64,000 bases of DNA from an uncultured Verrucomicrobiae bacterium (GTDB lineage Bacteria > Verrucomicrobiota > Verrucomicrobiia > Chthoniobacterales > UBA10450): contig CAVTRW010000005.1 of the NCBI GenBank assembly GCA_963737195.1, forward strand, positions 159,982 to 223,981, read 5' to 3'. Made by a program: the position numbers and the translations under genes. Shown one piece after another: positions 37,149 through 48,672 of the stretch (position 1 is its first letter; each line of letters starts with the position of its first letter). The notes beneath the pieces were generated by a model that was given only the letters and a program-made list of their open reading frames with translations, had not been told where the DNA came from and searched no databases.

Positions 37149-39431
37149 ATGAGCTCTTTTGCCGTTCTCGGATTAGCGACGGATGAGTTGCAATCGTTCA
37201 TCAACGGAACGCATTCCGATCCGTTCCGCATTCTCGGGCCGCATCGCGTCGGTGACGATCTATCCGTTCGCGTGTTTCGTCCGGATGCGCGCGAGATCGC
37301 GATCGTGCTTCCGTCCGGCAAAGAAATTGTCGCCGAGAAATTGCACGACGATGGATTTTACCAGGCGATTCTGCCCGGAGAGAAACGTCATTGCGATTAT
37401 CGCGTGCGTGCGGTGCGCTGGGACGGCTCTGAGCGTACGCTGCGCGATCCCTATTGTTACGGAGCGATTATGGGCGAGGTGGATCTTCACCTTTTCGCGG
37501 AAGGCCAGCATTGGGAACTCTACAAAAAATTTGGCGCGCATATTCGGACAATCGGCGATGAGAAGGGCGTCTACTTCGCCGTCTGGGCGCCGAACGCGCA
37601 GCGCGTCAGCGTCGTCGGGGATTTCAACAACTGGGATGGCCGCGTCAATCCGATGCGCAAACTCATCGGCAGCGGCGTTTGGGAATTGTATCTGCCCGGC
37701 GTTACCGAAGGCGCGCATTACAAATTTGAGATTCGCACGCAGCTCGGGACGCTGCTGTTGAAGAGCGATCCGTTTGCTTTCTTCAATCAACACGGCGTTG
37801 AGACCTCGTCGCTCGTTTACGATTTGCATCGTTATCAATGGAGCGATCGCGAGTGGATGGAAACGCGTCGCGGCAAAACTCACACGCGTTCGCCGCTTAG
37901 CATTTACGAAGTGCATCTCGGTTCGTGGCGGCGGCATTCTACGGAAGATCGCTGTCTCAGTTACCTCGAACTCAGCGACACGTTGTTGCCTTACGTTTTG
38001 GAAATGGGTTACACGCACATCGAATTGCTGCCGGTGGCGGAGCATCCATTCGAAGGTTCGTGGGGATATCAGGTCACAAATTATTATGCGCCCACCAGCC
38101 GCTTCGGTAATCCCGATGAGTTCCGGCATTTCGTCGACCGCTGCCATCAATGCGGCATCGGCGTGATTATGGATTGGGTGCCGGCGCATTTCCCGAAAGA
38201 CGCGCATGGTCTCGCCGAATTTGACGGGACGGATCTCTACGAACACATGGACCCGCGCCAGGGTGAGCATCAGGATTGGGGCACGCTCATTTTCAATTTC
38301 GGCCGCAACGAAGTGCGCAATTTTCTCATCGCCAACGCGCTTTTCTGGCTCGACCAATATCACATCGACGGGCTGCGCGTGGATGCGGTCGCCTCGATGT
38401 TATATCTCGATTACTCGCGCAACGCGGGCGAATGGATCCCGAACGTTTTCGGCGGCCGCGAAAATCTCGATGCCGTTTATTTTTTAAAGCGGACGAACGA
38501 AATCTGTTACGAACGTTTTCCGGGCGTGATGACGATCGCGGAAGAATCAACCGCGTGGCCTGGCGTTTCGCGCCCAACTTATCTGGGCGGCCTCGGTTTC
38601 GGTTTCAAATGGAACATGGGTTGGATGCACGACTTCCTCCATTACATGAGTCTCGATCCGATCTATCGCCGGTTTCATCACAACAGCATCACGTTTTCGC
38701 TGATGTATGCGTTCCAGGAACATTTCATCCTCGTCTTGAGTCACGATGAAGTGGTGCACGGCAAAGGTTCGCTCATCAGGAAAATGCCAGGAGACGAATG
38801 GCAGAAGTTCGCCAACCTGCGGATGTTCTTCGCCTGGATGTACGGGCACCCCGGAAAAAAATTGCTCTTCATGGGCGGCGAATTTGGCCAGTGGCACGAG
38901 TGGAACCACGACACGCAACTGGACTGGCACCTAACGAGTCTGCCGCGGCACGACGGCCTGCGCCGACTCGTGCAACATCTCAACTACGTTTACAAAAGCG
39001 AGCCTGCGCTCTGGAATCTCGACGACACCTACGACGGTTTCGAGTGGATTGATTTTCACGATTCGGAAAACAGCGTCGTTTCGTTTCTGCGCAAATCACA
39101 GGAAGGCGACGTTGTCGTTTTCATCGTCAACGCCACGCCGTTGGTGCGCTACAATTACCGGCTTGGGGTTCCGCATGCTGGATTTTATCGCGAGATCATC
39201 AATACGGACGGCGAAACGTACGGCGGCAGCAACGTTGGCAATCTCGGCGGAGTGCAGAGCAAAGCGGGCGCATGGCAGGCGCGAGATCATTCCATTCTCA
39301 TTCAATTGCCGCCGCTCGCGACCGTGGCGTTCAAGCTTGAGCCTAACGAGTCGAGGCAGCGGGTAACGCCTGCGGTCATCCTGAGCGTAAGCGAAGGACC
39401 TCACGAAATCAGATATGGCGTCGCTTGCTAA
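37149..39431 (+). CDS. glgB: 1,4-alpha-glucan branching enzyme
   Basis: The 760-aa protein has the GH13 motifs DWVPAHF, GLRVDAVASM, MTIAEEST and LSHDEV. The last ~19 codons come from repeat A4. Confidence 0.95.
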   Translation: MSSFAVLGLATDELQSFINGTHSDPFRILGPHRVGDDLSVRVFRPDAREIAIVLPSGKEIVAEKLHDDGFYQAILPGEKRHCDYRVRAVRWDGSERTLRDPYCYGAIMGEVDLHLFAEGQHWELYKKFGAHIRTIGDEKGVYFAVWAPNAQRVSVVGDFNNWDGRVNPMRKLIGSGVWELYLPGVTEGAHYKFEIRTQLGTLLLKSDPFAFFNQHGVETSSLVYDLHRYQWSDREWMETRRGKTHTRSPLSIYEVHLGSWRRHSTEDRCLSYLELSDTLLPYVLEMGYTHIELLPVAEHPFEGSWGYQVTNYYAPTSRFGNPDEFRHFVDRCHQCGIGVIMDWVPAHFPKDAHGLAEFDGTDLYEHMDPRQGEHQDWGTLIFNFGRNEVRNFLIANALFWLDQYHIDGLRVDAVASMLYLDYSRNAGEWIPNVFGGRENLDAVYFLKRTNEICYERFPGVMTIAEESTAWPGVSRPTYLGGLGFGFKWNMGWMHDFLHYMSLDPIYRRFHHNSITFSLMYAFQEHFILVLSHDEVVHGKGSLIRKMPGDEWQKFANLRMFFAWMYGHPGKKLLFMGGEFGQWHEWNHDTQLDWHLTSLPRHDGLRRLVQHLNYVYKSEPALWNLDDTYDGFEWIDFHDSENSVVSFLRKSQEGDVVVFIVNATPLVRYNYRLGVPHAGFYREIINTDGETYGGSNVGNLGGVQSKAGAWQARDHSILIQLPPLATVAFKLEPNESRQRVTPAVILSVSEGPHEIRYGVAC

Positions 39432-39464
39432 TTCGCGAGGTCCCTCGCTGACGCTCGGGATGAC
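39375..39464. repeat. palindromic element family A, copy 4
   Basis: gtcatcctgagcgtaagcgaaggacctcacg ... cgcgaggtccctcgctgacgctcgggatgac. The element overlaps the glgB 3' end. Confidence 0.8.
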
Positions 39465-39532
39465 AGTGCTAGTCCATTCCTGCTTGACGATCTCGTCTCG
39501 TCGTCCGCAAGATTTCGCTGGGCTTCATCTCT

Positions 39533-40243
39533 ATGGAAAAAAGAACGTCTGCTGCATTCACACTCATCGAATTGCTGATCGTCATCACGATCATCGCGGT
39601 TCTGGCCAGCATCGCGTTGCCCGCGTTCACCGGCGTCAAAGAACGTGGCGACCAAACCAAGGATCTTTCAAACGCGAAACAGATCTCGCTCGCCCTGCGC
39701 CAATTTGCCATCGACAACAACGGCTCGTATCCAGCGAAAGCGCCCGCTGCTGATTACGCTTCCGCACCGCCAACCCAGCCTCCTACCTCGAATGATGCTT
39801 TTTGGTGGCTATTTTCGAATTACCTCCAGAGCGAACAGATCTTTGCCGTTGCCGGTTCCGCTTATACCCCGAGCAATCCGGACAACAAACTTGATGCCGC
39901 CGATGCCTCGACCCGAACCGATACACTGAAAGCAGGCGAGAACAGTTTCGCTTATGTTTCTGGCCTGACTGATACGTCGAACCCGACCTTCCCTTTGCTG
40001 GCGGACGGTTTTGTCGTCGGCAGTCCCGGCGTCTACGCCACGAACAAATCGACTAAAGGCGGCGTTTGGGCTGCGAAAAAAGCAGTGGTCGTTTTTTGCG
40101 ACGCCAGCGGCCAGTTAATGGCGGTCAACCGCTCTAACCAAACGGTTGAACGCACGAACTCGAGCGGCGCAAAGGTGAACATGTTTCTGCCAGCGACTGA
40201 CTGGCTGGACGCGACTGCGAATCCGGTGGTGAATCCGCAGTAA
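39533..40243 (+). CDS. prepilin-type N-terminal cleavage/methylation domain protein (pseudopilin/pilin-like)
   Basis: The N-terminus is AFTLIELLIVITIIAVLASIALP. Confidence 0.8.
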   Translation: MEKRTSAAFTLIELLIVITIIAVLASIALPAFTGVKERGDQTKDLSNAKQISLALRQFAIDNNGSYPAKAPAADYASAPPTQPPTSNDAFWWLFSNYLQSEQIFAVAGSAYTPSNPDNKLDAADASTRTDTLKAGENSFAYVSGLTDTSNPTFPLLADGFVVGSPGVYATNKSTKGGVWAAKKAVVVFCDASGQLMAVNRSNQTVERTNSSGAKVNMFLPATDWLDATANPVVNPQ

Positions 40244-40297
40244 TTAGATCGCTTCTTACTAAAAGTTGCCGTTGCTGACGCGCGTACTGATTTTCTT

Positions 40298-40460
40298 GTC
40301 ATGTCGAGCGAAGTCGCCGGCCGCGCCGTAACAAAATGAAGGCGGGAGGCATCTCTTACCAAAGTGGGAGGGACCTCAGCGTCCCGGTTGACGCGGCGCT
40401 GAGGCCGCTCCCACATTTCTCGCAGCAATAAGAGATTCCTCGACTTTGCTCAGAATGACA
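40298..40460. repeat. palindromic element family B, copy 1 (with a nested extra hairpin)
   Basis: gtcatgtcgagcgaagtcg...catctcttac ... aagagattcctcgactttgctcagaatgac. The nested hairpin is gtgggagggacctcagcg...cgctgaggccgctcccac. Confidence 0.7.
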
Positions 40461-40479
40461 GAGGGCGAAATGATCGCGA

Positions 40480-41838
40480 TCAGGTTACTTCCGATTCAAA
40501 TTCGCCGTCGCTTACCTGCGTGCGGATTTTCATCTTCGGCCTAACGAGTTTGACGGTGTGCACAATTTTGCCGCGCGCATCCGTCGTGATGCTATAGCCG
40601 CGGCGCAGTGTCGCTTCTGGGCCGACCGCGCGCAGAACCGCTTCCGCATGAAGGAAACGCTGGCGCGCCTTCTCCAGCGCCAACGGAGCGAGCGCCGCAA
40701 AACGCTTTCGCAGATCGACGAAGTTTCTCCGCACCGCGACCAGCTCGCGTTGCGGATTGCGCGAGCGTATCGCGTTCGCCAAATTCGTTAGGCGGGCGCG
40801 TCCATCACTGATGCATTGGCGCGCACCGCGGCGCAGGTTTTCTCGCGCCAGATCGGTTTGCTGTTGCGCATCGCGAATGCGTTTGATCAATTCGCGCGCT
40901 AGCGTGCGCTCGGACAAAAAACGCAGACGCGTTTTTTGGTGCGCGAGGAAATTGCGCAGACAGCGATCGAGACAGCCGGCCAGTTCGTCGACGCGACGAC
41001 TAACCTCGACAAAATCAGGGACGATCAATTCGGCGGCGGCGCTCGGCGTCGGCGCGCGCAAATCGGCCACGAAATCAGCGATGGTAAAATCGATCTCGTG
41101 TCCGATCGCGCTCACGACGGGAATGGCGCAGTGAAAAATCGCGCGCGCGACGATCTCTTCATTGAATTCCCAGAGATCTTCGATGCTGCCGCCACCGCGC
41201 GCGATGACGATGAGATCTAGCGCCGGCCATGACTTGTTAGGCTGCGAAAGCTCGCGAACCGCGGTGGCGATTTCGGCTGCGGCGCCCATTCCCTGCACAC
41301 GCACCGGGCTAATCAGAATGTGGAGTCCGGGCGCGCGACGTCGCAGCACATTCAAGATATCACGGATCGCCGCGCCGCTCGGCGAAGTGATAATGCCGAT
41401 GCGCGCGGGAAATTTTGGAAGCGCACGTTTGCGCGCGGCATCGAATAATCCTTCCGCTTCCAGTTTGCGCTTGAGCGCCTCGAATTTCGCCTGAAGCAAA
41501 CCAGCGCCCCGCGTCTGCACGATTTGCACGCTGAGCTGGTATTGGCCGCGCGCTTCGAAAACGGAAACGTTCCCGTAAACTTGAACCTGCGCGCCATCGA
41601 CGAGTGGCACGCGTAGCGGAATCATCGCGTTCCGGAAAATCACGCAGGCAATTTGGGCGCGCTGATCTTTGAGCGTGAAATATTGATGGCCGCTCGGATG
41701 CAATTTGTAATTCGAAACTTCGCCCTGCACCCAGACTGCACCGAATCGCGTTTCCAGCGTCCCGCGAATCGCGCGCGTGAGCTCCGCGACGCTCAGGATT
41801 TTCGCTAGTTTTGGAAATAAGTCGCCGGTTTCTGTCAT
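40480..41838 (-). CDS. xseA: exodeoxyribonuclease VII large subunit
   Basis: The 452-aa protein has an OB-fold N-terminus (VWVQGEVSNYKLHPSGHQYFTLKD) and the catalytic region IISPVRVQG. Confidence 0.9.
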   Translation of the reverse strand: MTETGDLFPKLAKILSVAELTRAIRGTLETRFGAVWVQGEVSNYKLHPSGHQYFTLKDQRAQIACVIFRNAMIPLRVPLVDGAQVQVYGNVSVFEARGQYQLSVQIVQTRGAGLLQAKFEALKRKLEAEGLFDAARKRALPKFPARIGIITSPSGAAIRDILNVLRRRAPGLHILISPVRVQGMGAAAEIATAVRELSQPNKSWPALDLIVIARGGGSIEDLWEFNEEIVARAIFHCAIPVVSAIGHEIDFTIADFVADLRAPTPSAAAELIVPDFVEVSRRVDELAGCLDRCLRNFLAHQKTRLRFLSERTLARELIKRIRDAQQQTDLARENLRRGARQCISDGRARLTNLANAIRSRNPQRELVAVRRNFVDLRKRFAALAPLALEKARQRFLHAEAVLRAVGPEATLRRGYSITTDARGKIVHTVKLVRPKMKIRTQVSDGEFESEVT

Positions 41839-41918
41839 GTCGAGCGCAGTCGAGACATCTCTTACTATTGCGAGCGTCTCTTAGAATGAGAGATTCCTCG
41901 ACTTCGCTCGGAATGACA
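41834..41918. repeat. palindromic element family B, copy 2
   Basis: gtcatgtcgagcgcagtcgagacatctcttac ... gagagattcctcgacttcgctcggaatgac. Its terminal GTCAT contains the xseA ATG. Confidence 0.8.
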
Positions 41919-41933
41919 AACGAAGAGACGGCG

Positions 41934-42946
41934 CTATAACAATTCCGGTTGCGCTCCCGCCGGTGGTTTCAATCCGAGTTTGCGATAAGCATTCGGTGTT
42001 GCCACGCGGCCTTGCGGCGTGCGCTTGATGTAACCTTCCATGATCAGATACGGTTCGTTCACTTCTTCGAGCGTGCCAGGCTTCTTCGCCGACGGCAACG
42101 GCGAGCGAACTCAAGCCGACCGGACCGCCATTAAATTTGTGAATCAACGTTTCGATGATGCGCTTGTCCCATTGATCGAATCCGTCGCGATCGATTTCCA
42201 GCATCGTTAGGGCGCGATCCGCCAGTTCGGCCGTGATTTTTCCATCCGCTTTCACCTGCACGTAATCGCGCACCCAGCGCAGTAAGATTATTTGCGGTGC
42301 GCGGTGTTCCGCGCGTGCGCGTTGCAATTTCAGCTGCGCCTTTCGCATCAATTTCCACGCCTAACAAACCGGCGCTGCGCAAGATAATTTTCTGCATTTC
42401 TTCCGCGCTGTAATAATCGAGCCGCGCCGTCATGCCGAAACGTGAACGGAGCGGCGCGCTCACCATGCCCGCGCGCGTCGTCGCGCCGATCAAGGTGAAC
42501 TTCGGCAATTGCAATCGCAGGCTGCGCGCCTGTGGACCCTGATCGATGATGATATCGAGCCGGTAATCTTCCATCGCCGGATAAAGATATTCTTCGATCG
42601 TCGGTTGGAGCCGATGAATCTCATCGATGAAAAGCACATCGCCTTTTTCCAAACTGGTCAGCAACCCCGCGAGCTCGCCCGCTTTCTCGATCACCGGTCC
42701 ACTCGTGTTCTTGATGTTTACGCCCATCGCGTTCGCGATGATGTAGGCCAGCGTGGTTTTGCCGAGTCCCGGCGGGCCGCTGAGCAAAATATGCTCGAGA
42801 ACGTCGCCGCGTTTTTTCGCCGCTTCGACCAGGACCTCGAGACGTTCGCAAACCTTCACCTGACCGGTGAACTCGCTGAACATCGGCGGTCGCAGCGAAA
42901 CTTCGAAAACGGGATCCGGTTCAGGTGGCTTCATCACTGGAATCAT
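41934..42946 (-). pseudogene. ruvB: Holliday junction DNA helicase RuvB, frame broken twice as sequenced
   Basis: Three colinear frames join as ...[12 protein letters not shown]|[16 protein letters not shown]...LAVAVGEE|[37 protein letters not shown]. The junctions lie at about 42283 and about 42080. Walker A is GPPGLGKTT. Confidence 0.9.
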
Positions 42947-42984
42947 CTCATAACATCGGAGCGCAAATCGCGCACGCCCCGTTT

Positions 42985-43107
42985 GGGTAGCGCACGCGTC
43001 TCGCGATCGCGAACTTCTCTAACGCATCGCGATTCGTCATTGAACCCTACAGAAAAGTCTGTTGCGGCGAGACGCCGCAACCAACACGCGAGACGCGTGC
43101 GCTACCC
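42985..43107. repeat. palindromic element with a perfect 21-bp terminal inverted repeat
   Basis: gggtagcgcacgcgtctcgcg (42985-43005) pairs with cgcgagacgcgtgcgctaccc (43087-43107). The inner hairpin is gttgcggcgagacgccgcaac. Confidence 0.7.
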
Positions 43108-43125
43108 GGAGTAGGCGCGGCGACC

Positions 43126-43524
43126 TTAGTATTTTTTCGTCAGCACCAACTCGGTCCCGCGTTTTCGCAAGACGTAATCGACTTTGTCGAACGCATTGCA
43201 GATTAGATGAAGGCCGAGCCCGCCGGGTTTGACGAGATGATGCGGTCGGCCGCTCATGGCATGCCGTGGCGTTTGCTTGCCAAAATCGCGGACGCGCATG
43301 CGCACACTCCGTTTCAAGCCTTCGAGTGATACCGCAATCAGTTGGTCGTCGCGCAGTTCATACGCGTGCCGGATGATATTGGTGCACGCTTCATCGACGC
43401 CCAGGATCATCAGCGTGCGCTGTTTCTCGGTGAACGGAAACGTTTCCAGAAATTTGCGCACAAATTTGCGCACCAAAGCGAGGTTCGCGGTATGGCTGGA
43501 GAACTCGATCTTCTGTTTCATCAA
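43126..43524 (-). CDS. anti-sigma regulatory factor, Ser/Thr kinase (RsbW/SpoIIAB-like HATPase)
   Basis: The 132-aa protein has DEACTNIIRHAY and GGLGLHLI motifs. Confidence 0.7.
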   Translation of the reverse strand: MMKQKIEFSSHTANLALVRKFVRKFLETFPFTEKQRTLMILGVDEACTNIIRHAYELRDDQLIAVSLEGLKRSVRMRVRDFGKQTPRHAMSGRPHHLVKPGGLGLHLICNAFDKVDYVLRKRGTELVLTKKY

Positions 43525-43611
43525 GCCCGTTCAAGGCTGCGTGAAGCGCGGCATTGGTGCAAGCATGGAAGATGGTTGGACAGCCGTAAAAAAGCACTGT
43601 TCAGTTCGTTC

Positions 43612-44359
43612 ATGCGGAAAATTTTTTTCGCGCTGCTGTTTGTGGCTTCGAATGTTTTGGCGCAGGAACATCCCACCGCCTATAACGCGTTGCGCGTCGT
43701 CGGCACGAAATTCAATCGCGAGGCGGTCAATCACGTCATCTCTGTCAGCGGAACCAACGGCACACCCCAACCGGAAACATGGAAGGTTCTGCTCGCGGAT
43801 AAGCGCGCGAGCGGCGGGGTGCGTGAAATCGAAGTCGCGAATGGCCAGATCGTTTCCGAACGCACACCGGTCCGTTCCGTCGTCGGTTCTACAGAAGGCG
43901 CTACGATCAACACTTCGCATCTAAACCTCGACTCAAACGGCGCCTTTTCTGTTGCCAGGCGCACCGCGGAAAAATCGAATACACAATTCGAGACGGTGAC
44001 TTACACCCTGCGCACGGACGAACGTGGCGAACCGATCTGGATCGTTACTTTGGAAAACCAGTCGCGCCACCCTGTCGGGAACGATCCATATCGGCGCCAA
44101 TCGCGGAACGGTTGTGCGAACGGAAGGAATGTTTCACGGCGCCCCAATGAATCAGGTCGTGAATGCGGACGAGGCCAATCGTGATGTTACCGATGAAGGG
44201 AATGGCGACGAGGACGAGAACGTGGTGAAGCGCAACATCAAACAATGGTTCCGGCAGGTGAGCGCCGATGCGGGCAACATGTTTCAAAATGTTCGCCGGT
44301 CGTTCGCGGACTTCATGCATGGCGGACCAGAAGACGACAGCGAACAGGACGACGAGTGA
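43612..44359 (+). pseudogene. secreted hypothetical protein with acidic C-terminal tail, frame broken once as sequenced
   Basis: The signal peptide is MRKIFFALLFVASNVLAQ. ORFs 43342..44184 and 44024..44359 are colinear, with the join ...LENQSRHPVG|TIHIGANRGTVVRTEG... near 44080. Confidence 0.45.
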
Positions 44360-45309
44360 TGGCGTCGCAACCTGCTGACAGCTGGCCGGCGTTGCCTTTT
44401 GCGGAATGGGCCGACACCGCTGCCACGCTCCACATGTGGACGCAGATCGTCGGCAAAATTCGCATGGAATTTACGCCATGGACGAACCACTCGTGGCACG
44501 TCACGCTCTACCTCACGTCGCGCGGCCTAACGACTTCACCGATTCCGCACGGCACGCGCACTTTTGAAATCAGGTTCGATTTTATCGATCACAATTTGCG
44601 CATCCTAACGAGCGACAATGTGGAGCGGCGGCTCAAGCTGCAACCGCGCAGCGTAGCCGATTTTTACCGTGAACTGACCAACACTCTGCGCGACATCGGC
44701 ATCCCGGTGAAAATTAATCTCGTGCCTAACGAGATCACCGATCCGATTCCATTCGATCAGGATGAAACGCATCGTGCGTATGACGAAAAATACGCCAACC
44801 GTTTCTGGCGCGTTTTGGTCCAGGCCGATCGCGTCTTCAAAGAATTTCGTTCGCGCTTCTGCGGCAAATGCAGCCCCGTGCATTTTTTCTGGGGCAGTTT
44901 CGATTTGGCCGTAACGCGTTTTTCGGGACGACAGGCGCCGCCGCATCCCGGTGGAATTCCGCATTTGCCGGATGCGGTCACGCGCGAAGCGTATTCGCAG
45001 GAAGTGAGCAGCGCTGGGTTCTGGCCCGGCAACGCCGCCATGCCGACACCGATCTTTTATTCCTACGCGTATCCGGAGCCGGCCGGTTTCGCGGAGGCAA
45101 AAATTCTTCCCGACTCTGCGTCCTACAATAAACAACTGCGCGAATGGACGCTGCCCTACGACGCGGTGCGCACTTCGTCATCGCCCGATGAAGTGTTGCT
45201 GCAATTTGCGCAGAGCACGTACGACGCGGCTTCGTCGCTCGGAAAATGGGATCGTGCTGCGCTGGTGGAACAGAAACCGGCCTTGCATTCGACAGGTCAA
45301 CGCTCGTAA
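44359..45309 (+). CDS. conserved hypothetical protein (resembles DUF5996 family)
   Basis: The start ATG overlaps the upstream TGA. The assignment rests on my recollection of the family from the N-terminal WPALPFAEWADTAATLHMWTQIVGKIR region. Confidence 0.5.
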   Translation: MASQPADSWPALPFAEWADTAATLHMWTQIVGKIRMEFTPWTNHSWHVTLYLTSRGLTTSPIPHGTRTFEIRFDFIDHNLRILTSDNVERRLKLQPRSVADFYRELTNTLRDIGIPVKINLVPNEITDPIPFDQDETHRAYDEKYANRFWRVLVQADRVFKEFRSRFCGKCSPVHFFWGSFDLAVTRFSGRQAPPHPGGIPHLPDAVTREAYSQEVSSAGFWPGNAAMPTPIFYSYAYPEPAGFAEAKILPDSASYNKQLREWTLPYDAVRTSSSPDEVLLQFAQSTYDAASSLGKWDRAALVEQKPALHSTGQRS

Positions 45310-45318
45310 TTAGGCGAG

Positions 45319-46257
45319 ATGAATCCCGGTTGCGCAGCCGAGCAACATGCATGGCGTGAGATTAAGGACGGATGGCGTCCGCTCTATGGCGACGTCGATC
45401 GGATCGGCGTTGCGGTCGAGTGGCATGACTTCCGGACCGAGCGTTCTTTTGATTGGGGACAAACATTTCATCCGCGCAGTCTGGAATTTTGCTTGAATCT
45501 GCAAGGCCACGGCGAGATTGGCGCGCCCGGCAAATCGCGCGGTGATTACGCGCCGGGAAATTGCGGCTATTATGCAATTGGCGACGAACCGCTCGCAGGT
45601 TCGCGGCGCGCGCATGATCGTCATCAATTTGTGACGCTGGAATTTTCGCGACAGCATTTGCAAGAGCAGCTTGCCGATTGCGAAGCCGATCTTGATCCAC
45701 AGATGCGCGCCGCCGTTTTTCCGCAAAAGGGAAGAGCTGTTGTTTCGCAGCCGCGGCCGATGACAGCACAACAGCGCGATGTTGTGGCGACTCTGGCGGA
45801 GCCGCCGGTGCCGAAAGCGGCGCAGATACTCTGGTATCAAAGCAAAGCGCTCGAGCTCATGGCGCATTTTCTTTTTCTGCCGAAGGACCCGGAGTTTTTC
45901 TGCATGCGCCAGAAACGGGTCGCGCGCGAACGGGTCGAACGCGCGAAAGAATTGCTCGCGCGCGATCTGGCCAATCCGCCGACGCTGGAAATGTTGGGAC
46001 AGGAAGTGGGATGCAGCCCCTTTTATTTGAGCCGCATTTTCTCGCGCGAAGTTGGCCTGACGATTCCGCAATATCTGCGCAACGTGCGCATGGAACGCGC
46101 CGCTGAACTTTTGCGCAGCGGCCGTTACAATGTCACCGAGGCCGCGACGGAAGTGGGTTACTCGAGTCTCAGCCACTTCAGCAAGGCGTTCTGTGAAACC
46201 ATCGGTTGTTGTCCCGTTTTGTATCCGATGGCGAAGCACGTCGTTCTCGATCGCTGA
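45319..46257 (+). CDS. AraC family transcriptional regulator
   Basis: The C-terminal double HTH is LGQEVGCSPFYLSRIFSREVG ... VTEAATEVGYSSLSHFSKAFCE. Confidence 0.8.
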   Translation: MNPGCAAEQHAWREIKDGWRPLYGDVDRIGVAVEWHDFRTERSFDWGQTFHPRSLEFCLNLQGHGEIGAPGKSRGDYAPGNCGYYAIGDEPLAGSRRAHDRHQFVTLEFSRQHLQEQLADCEADLDPQMRAAVFPQKGRAVVSQPRPMTAQQRDVVATLAEPPVPKAAQILWYQSKALELMAHFLFLPKDPEFFCMRQKRVARERVERAKELLARDLANPPTLEMLGQEVGCSPFYLSRIFSREVGLTIPQYLRNVRMERAAELLRSGRYNVTEAATEVGYSSLSHFSKAFCETIGCCPVLYPMAKHVVLDR

Positions 46258-46264
46258 GGCGATC

Positions 46265-46332
46265 GCGTGAATCGAGACGCGAGATTCGTGAATCGTAGCC
46301 CGATGTAACGATGTGACGAATCACGATTCACG
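46265..46332. repeat. hairpin built from CGTGAATCG / CGATTCACG units upstream of purH
   Basis: cgtgaatcg occurs twice on the left and cgattcacg once on the right. Confidence 0.6.
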
Positions 46333-46336
46333 TCCC

Positions 46337-47869
<1,533 letters not shown>

Positions 47870-47938
47870 CCGCGCGCCTTCTCTTCTTCGGCAACAAAAG
47901 CCGCTCATTTCTAGCGGAACGTCGCAAAAAAGAACGTT

Positions 47939-48018
47939 GGTCATCCCGAGCGAACGCGAGGGACCTCACGACATCAGGCAAGACGTTCGTGAGGTCCCTC
48001 GCTCCGCTCGGGATGACC
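47939..48018. repeat. palindromic element family A, copy 5 (short loop)
   Basis: ggtcatcccgagcgaacgcgagggacctcacg ... cgtgaggtccctcgctccgctcgggatgacc. Confidence 0.85.
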
Positions 48019-48047
48019 AACGCATGATTGCCACTTCGAACAACTCG

Positions 48048-48614
48048 TTAGGCCGACCTCGTTCTGCGGCTCATCCCCGTTTGAACAAAAATGCCGATAA
48101 TCGTCAGCACGATGAACACAATCGTTGCGCCGGTTTGCGGCAGCGTGATCGCACCCGTGATCAGGTACGCGCCCACCAGCGATGAAAGAACGATGAGTGC
48201 CCAATCGAATAGAAGCAGAAAAACGAGCCCGCCGACGATGCCGCCAATGAGGAACGTTAGAGCGAAGGTCGTTTGATGTTGCACAACGAACGCGGTGATG
48301 ATGCCAACGGCGAGCCGGCCGCCCGCGACAAAACCAACAATGGCGATGGCGATCTTTTGCAGAAACAGCGCAAGCAGCGCGCCGATAAATCCGAGAACAA
48401 GCGCCGCCGTGATGACGAGAATGGATGATGGTTCGTGCACAAGCCACGGCGCCAGCTCAACGCCGGCGGCAAAGCCGACCGCCGCGACCAGCAGCCAAAA
48501 TAAACGGCGTCCAAAAAGCAGAAGAGCGATGCCGATGCAGACACTGATGATTGGAATGGGCAACCTCATGGTTGTTTTCTGAATTATCGCGCCTGATGCT
48601 TGCGCCGCGGGCAA
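48048..48614 (-). CDS. polytopic membrane protein, unknown function
   Basis: The 188-aa protein has 5-6 Gly/Ala-rich TM helices. Confidence 0.5.
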   Translation of the reverse strand: MPAAQASGAIIQKTTMRLPIPIISVCIGIALLLFGRRLFWLLVAAVGFAAGVELAPWLVHEPSSILVITAALVLGFIGALLALFLQKIAIAIVGFVAGGRLAVGIITAFVVQHQTTFALTFLIGGIVGGLVFLLLFDWALIVLSSLVGAYLITGAITLPQTGATIVFIVLTIIGIFVQTGMSRRTRSA

Positions 48615-48672
48615 TTCAATCTCGCATTTGCAGGCTGATCAACCTATGAATCCATTGAGGCATTAGAAACAC

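Noticed and set aside
42359-42373. The identical 15-mer GCCTAACAAACCGGC at about 42359 and about 51069 as a distinct repeat
   Set aside because: Both copies encode A-G-L-L-G on the minus strand in unrelated proteins (RuvB, M28 peptidase). They are one-mismatch variants of the abundant motif, and two copies are too few to define a separate element.
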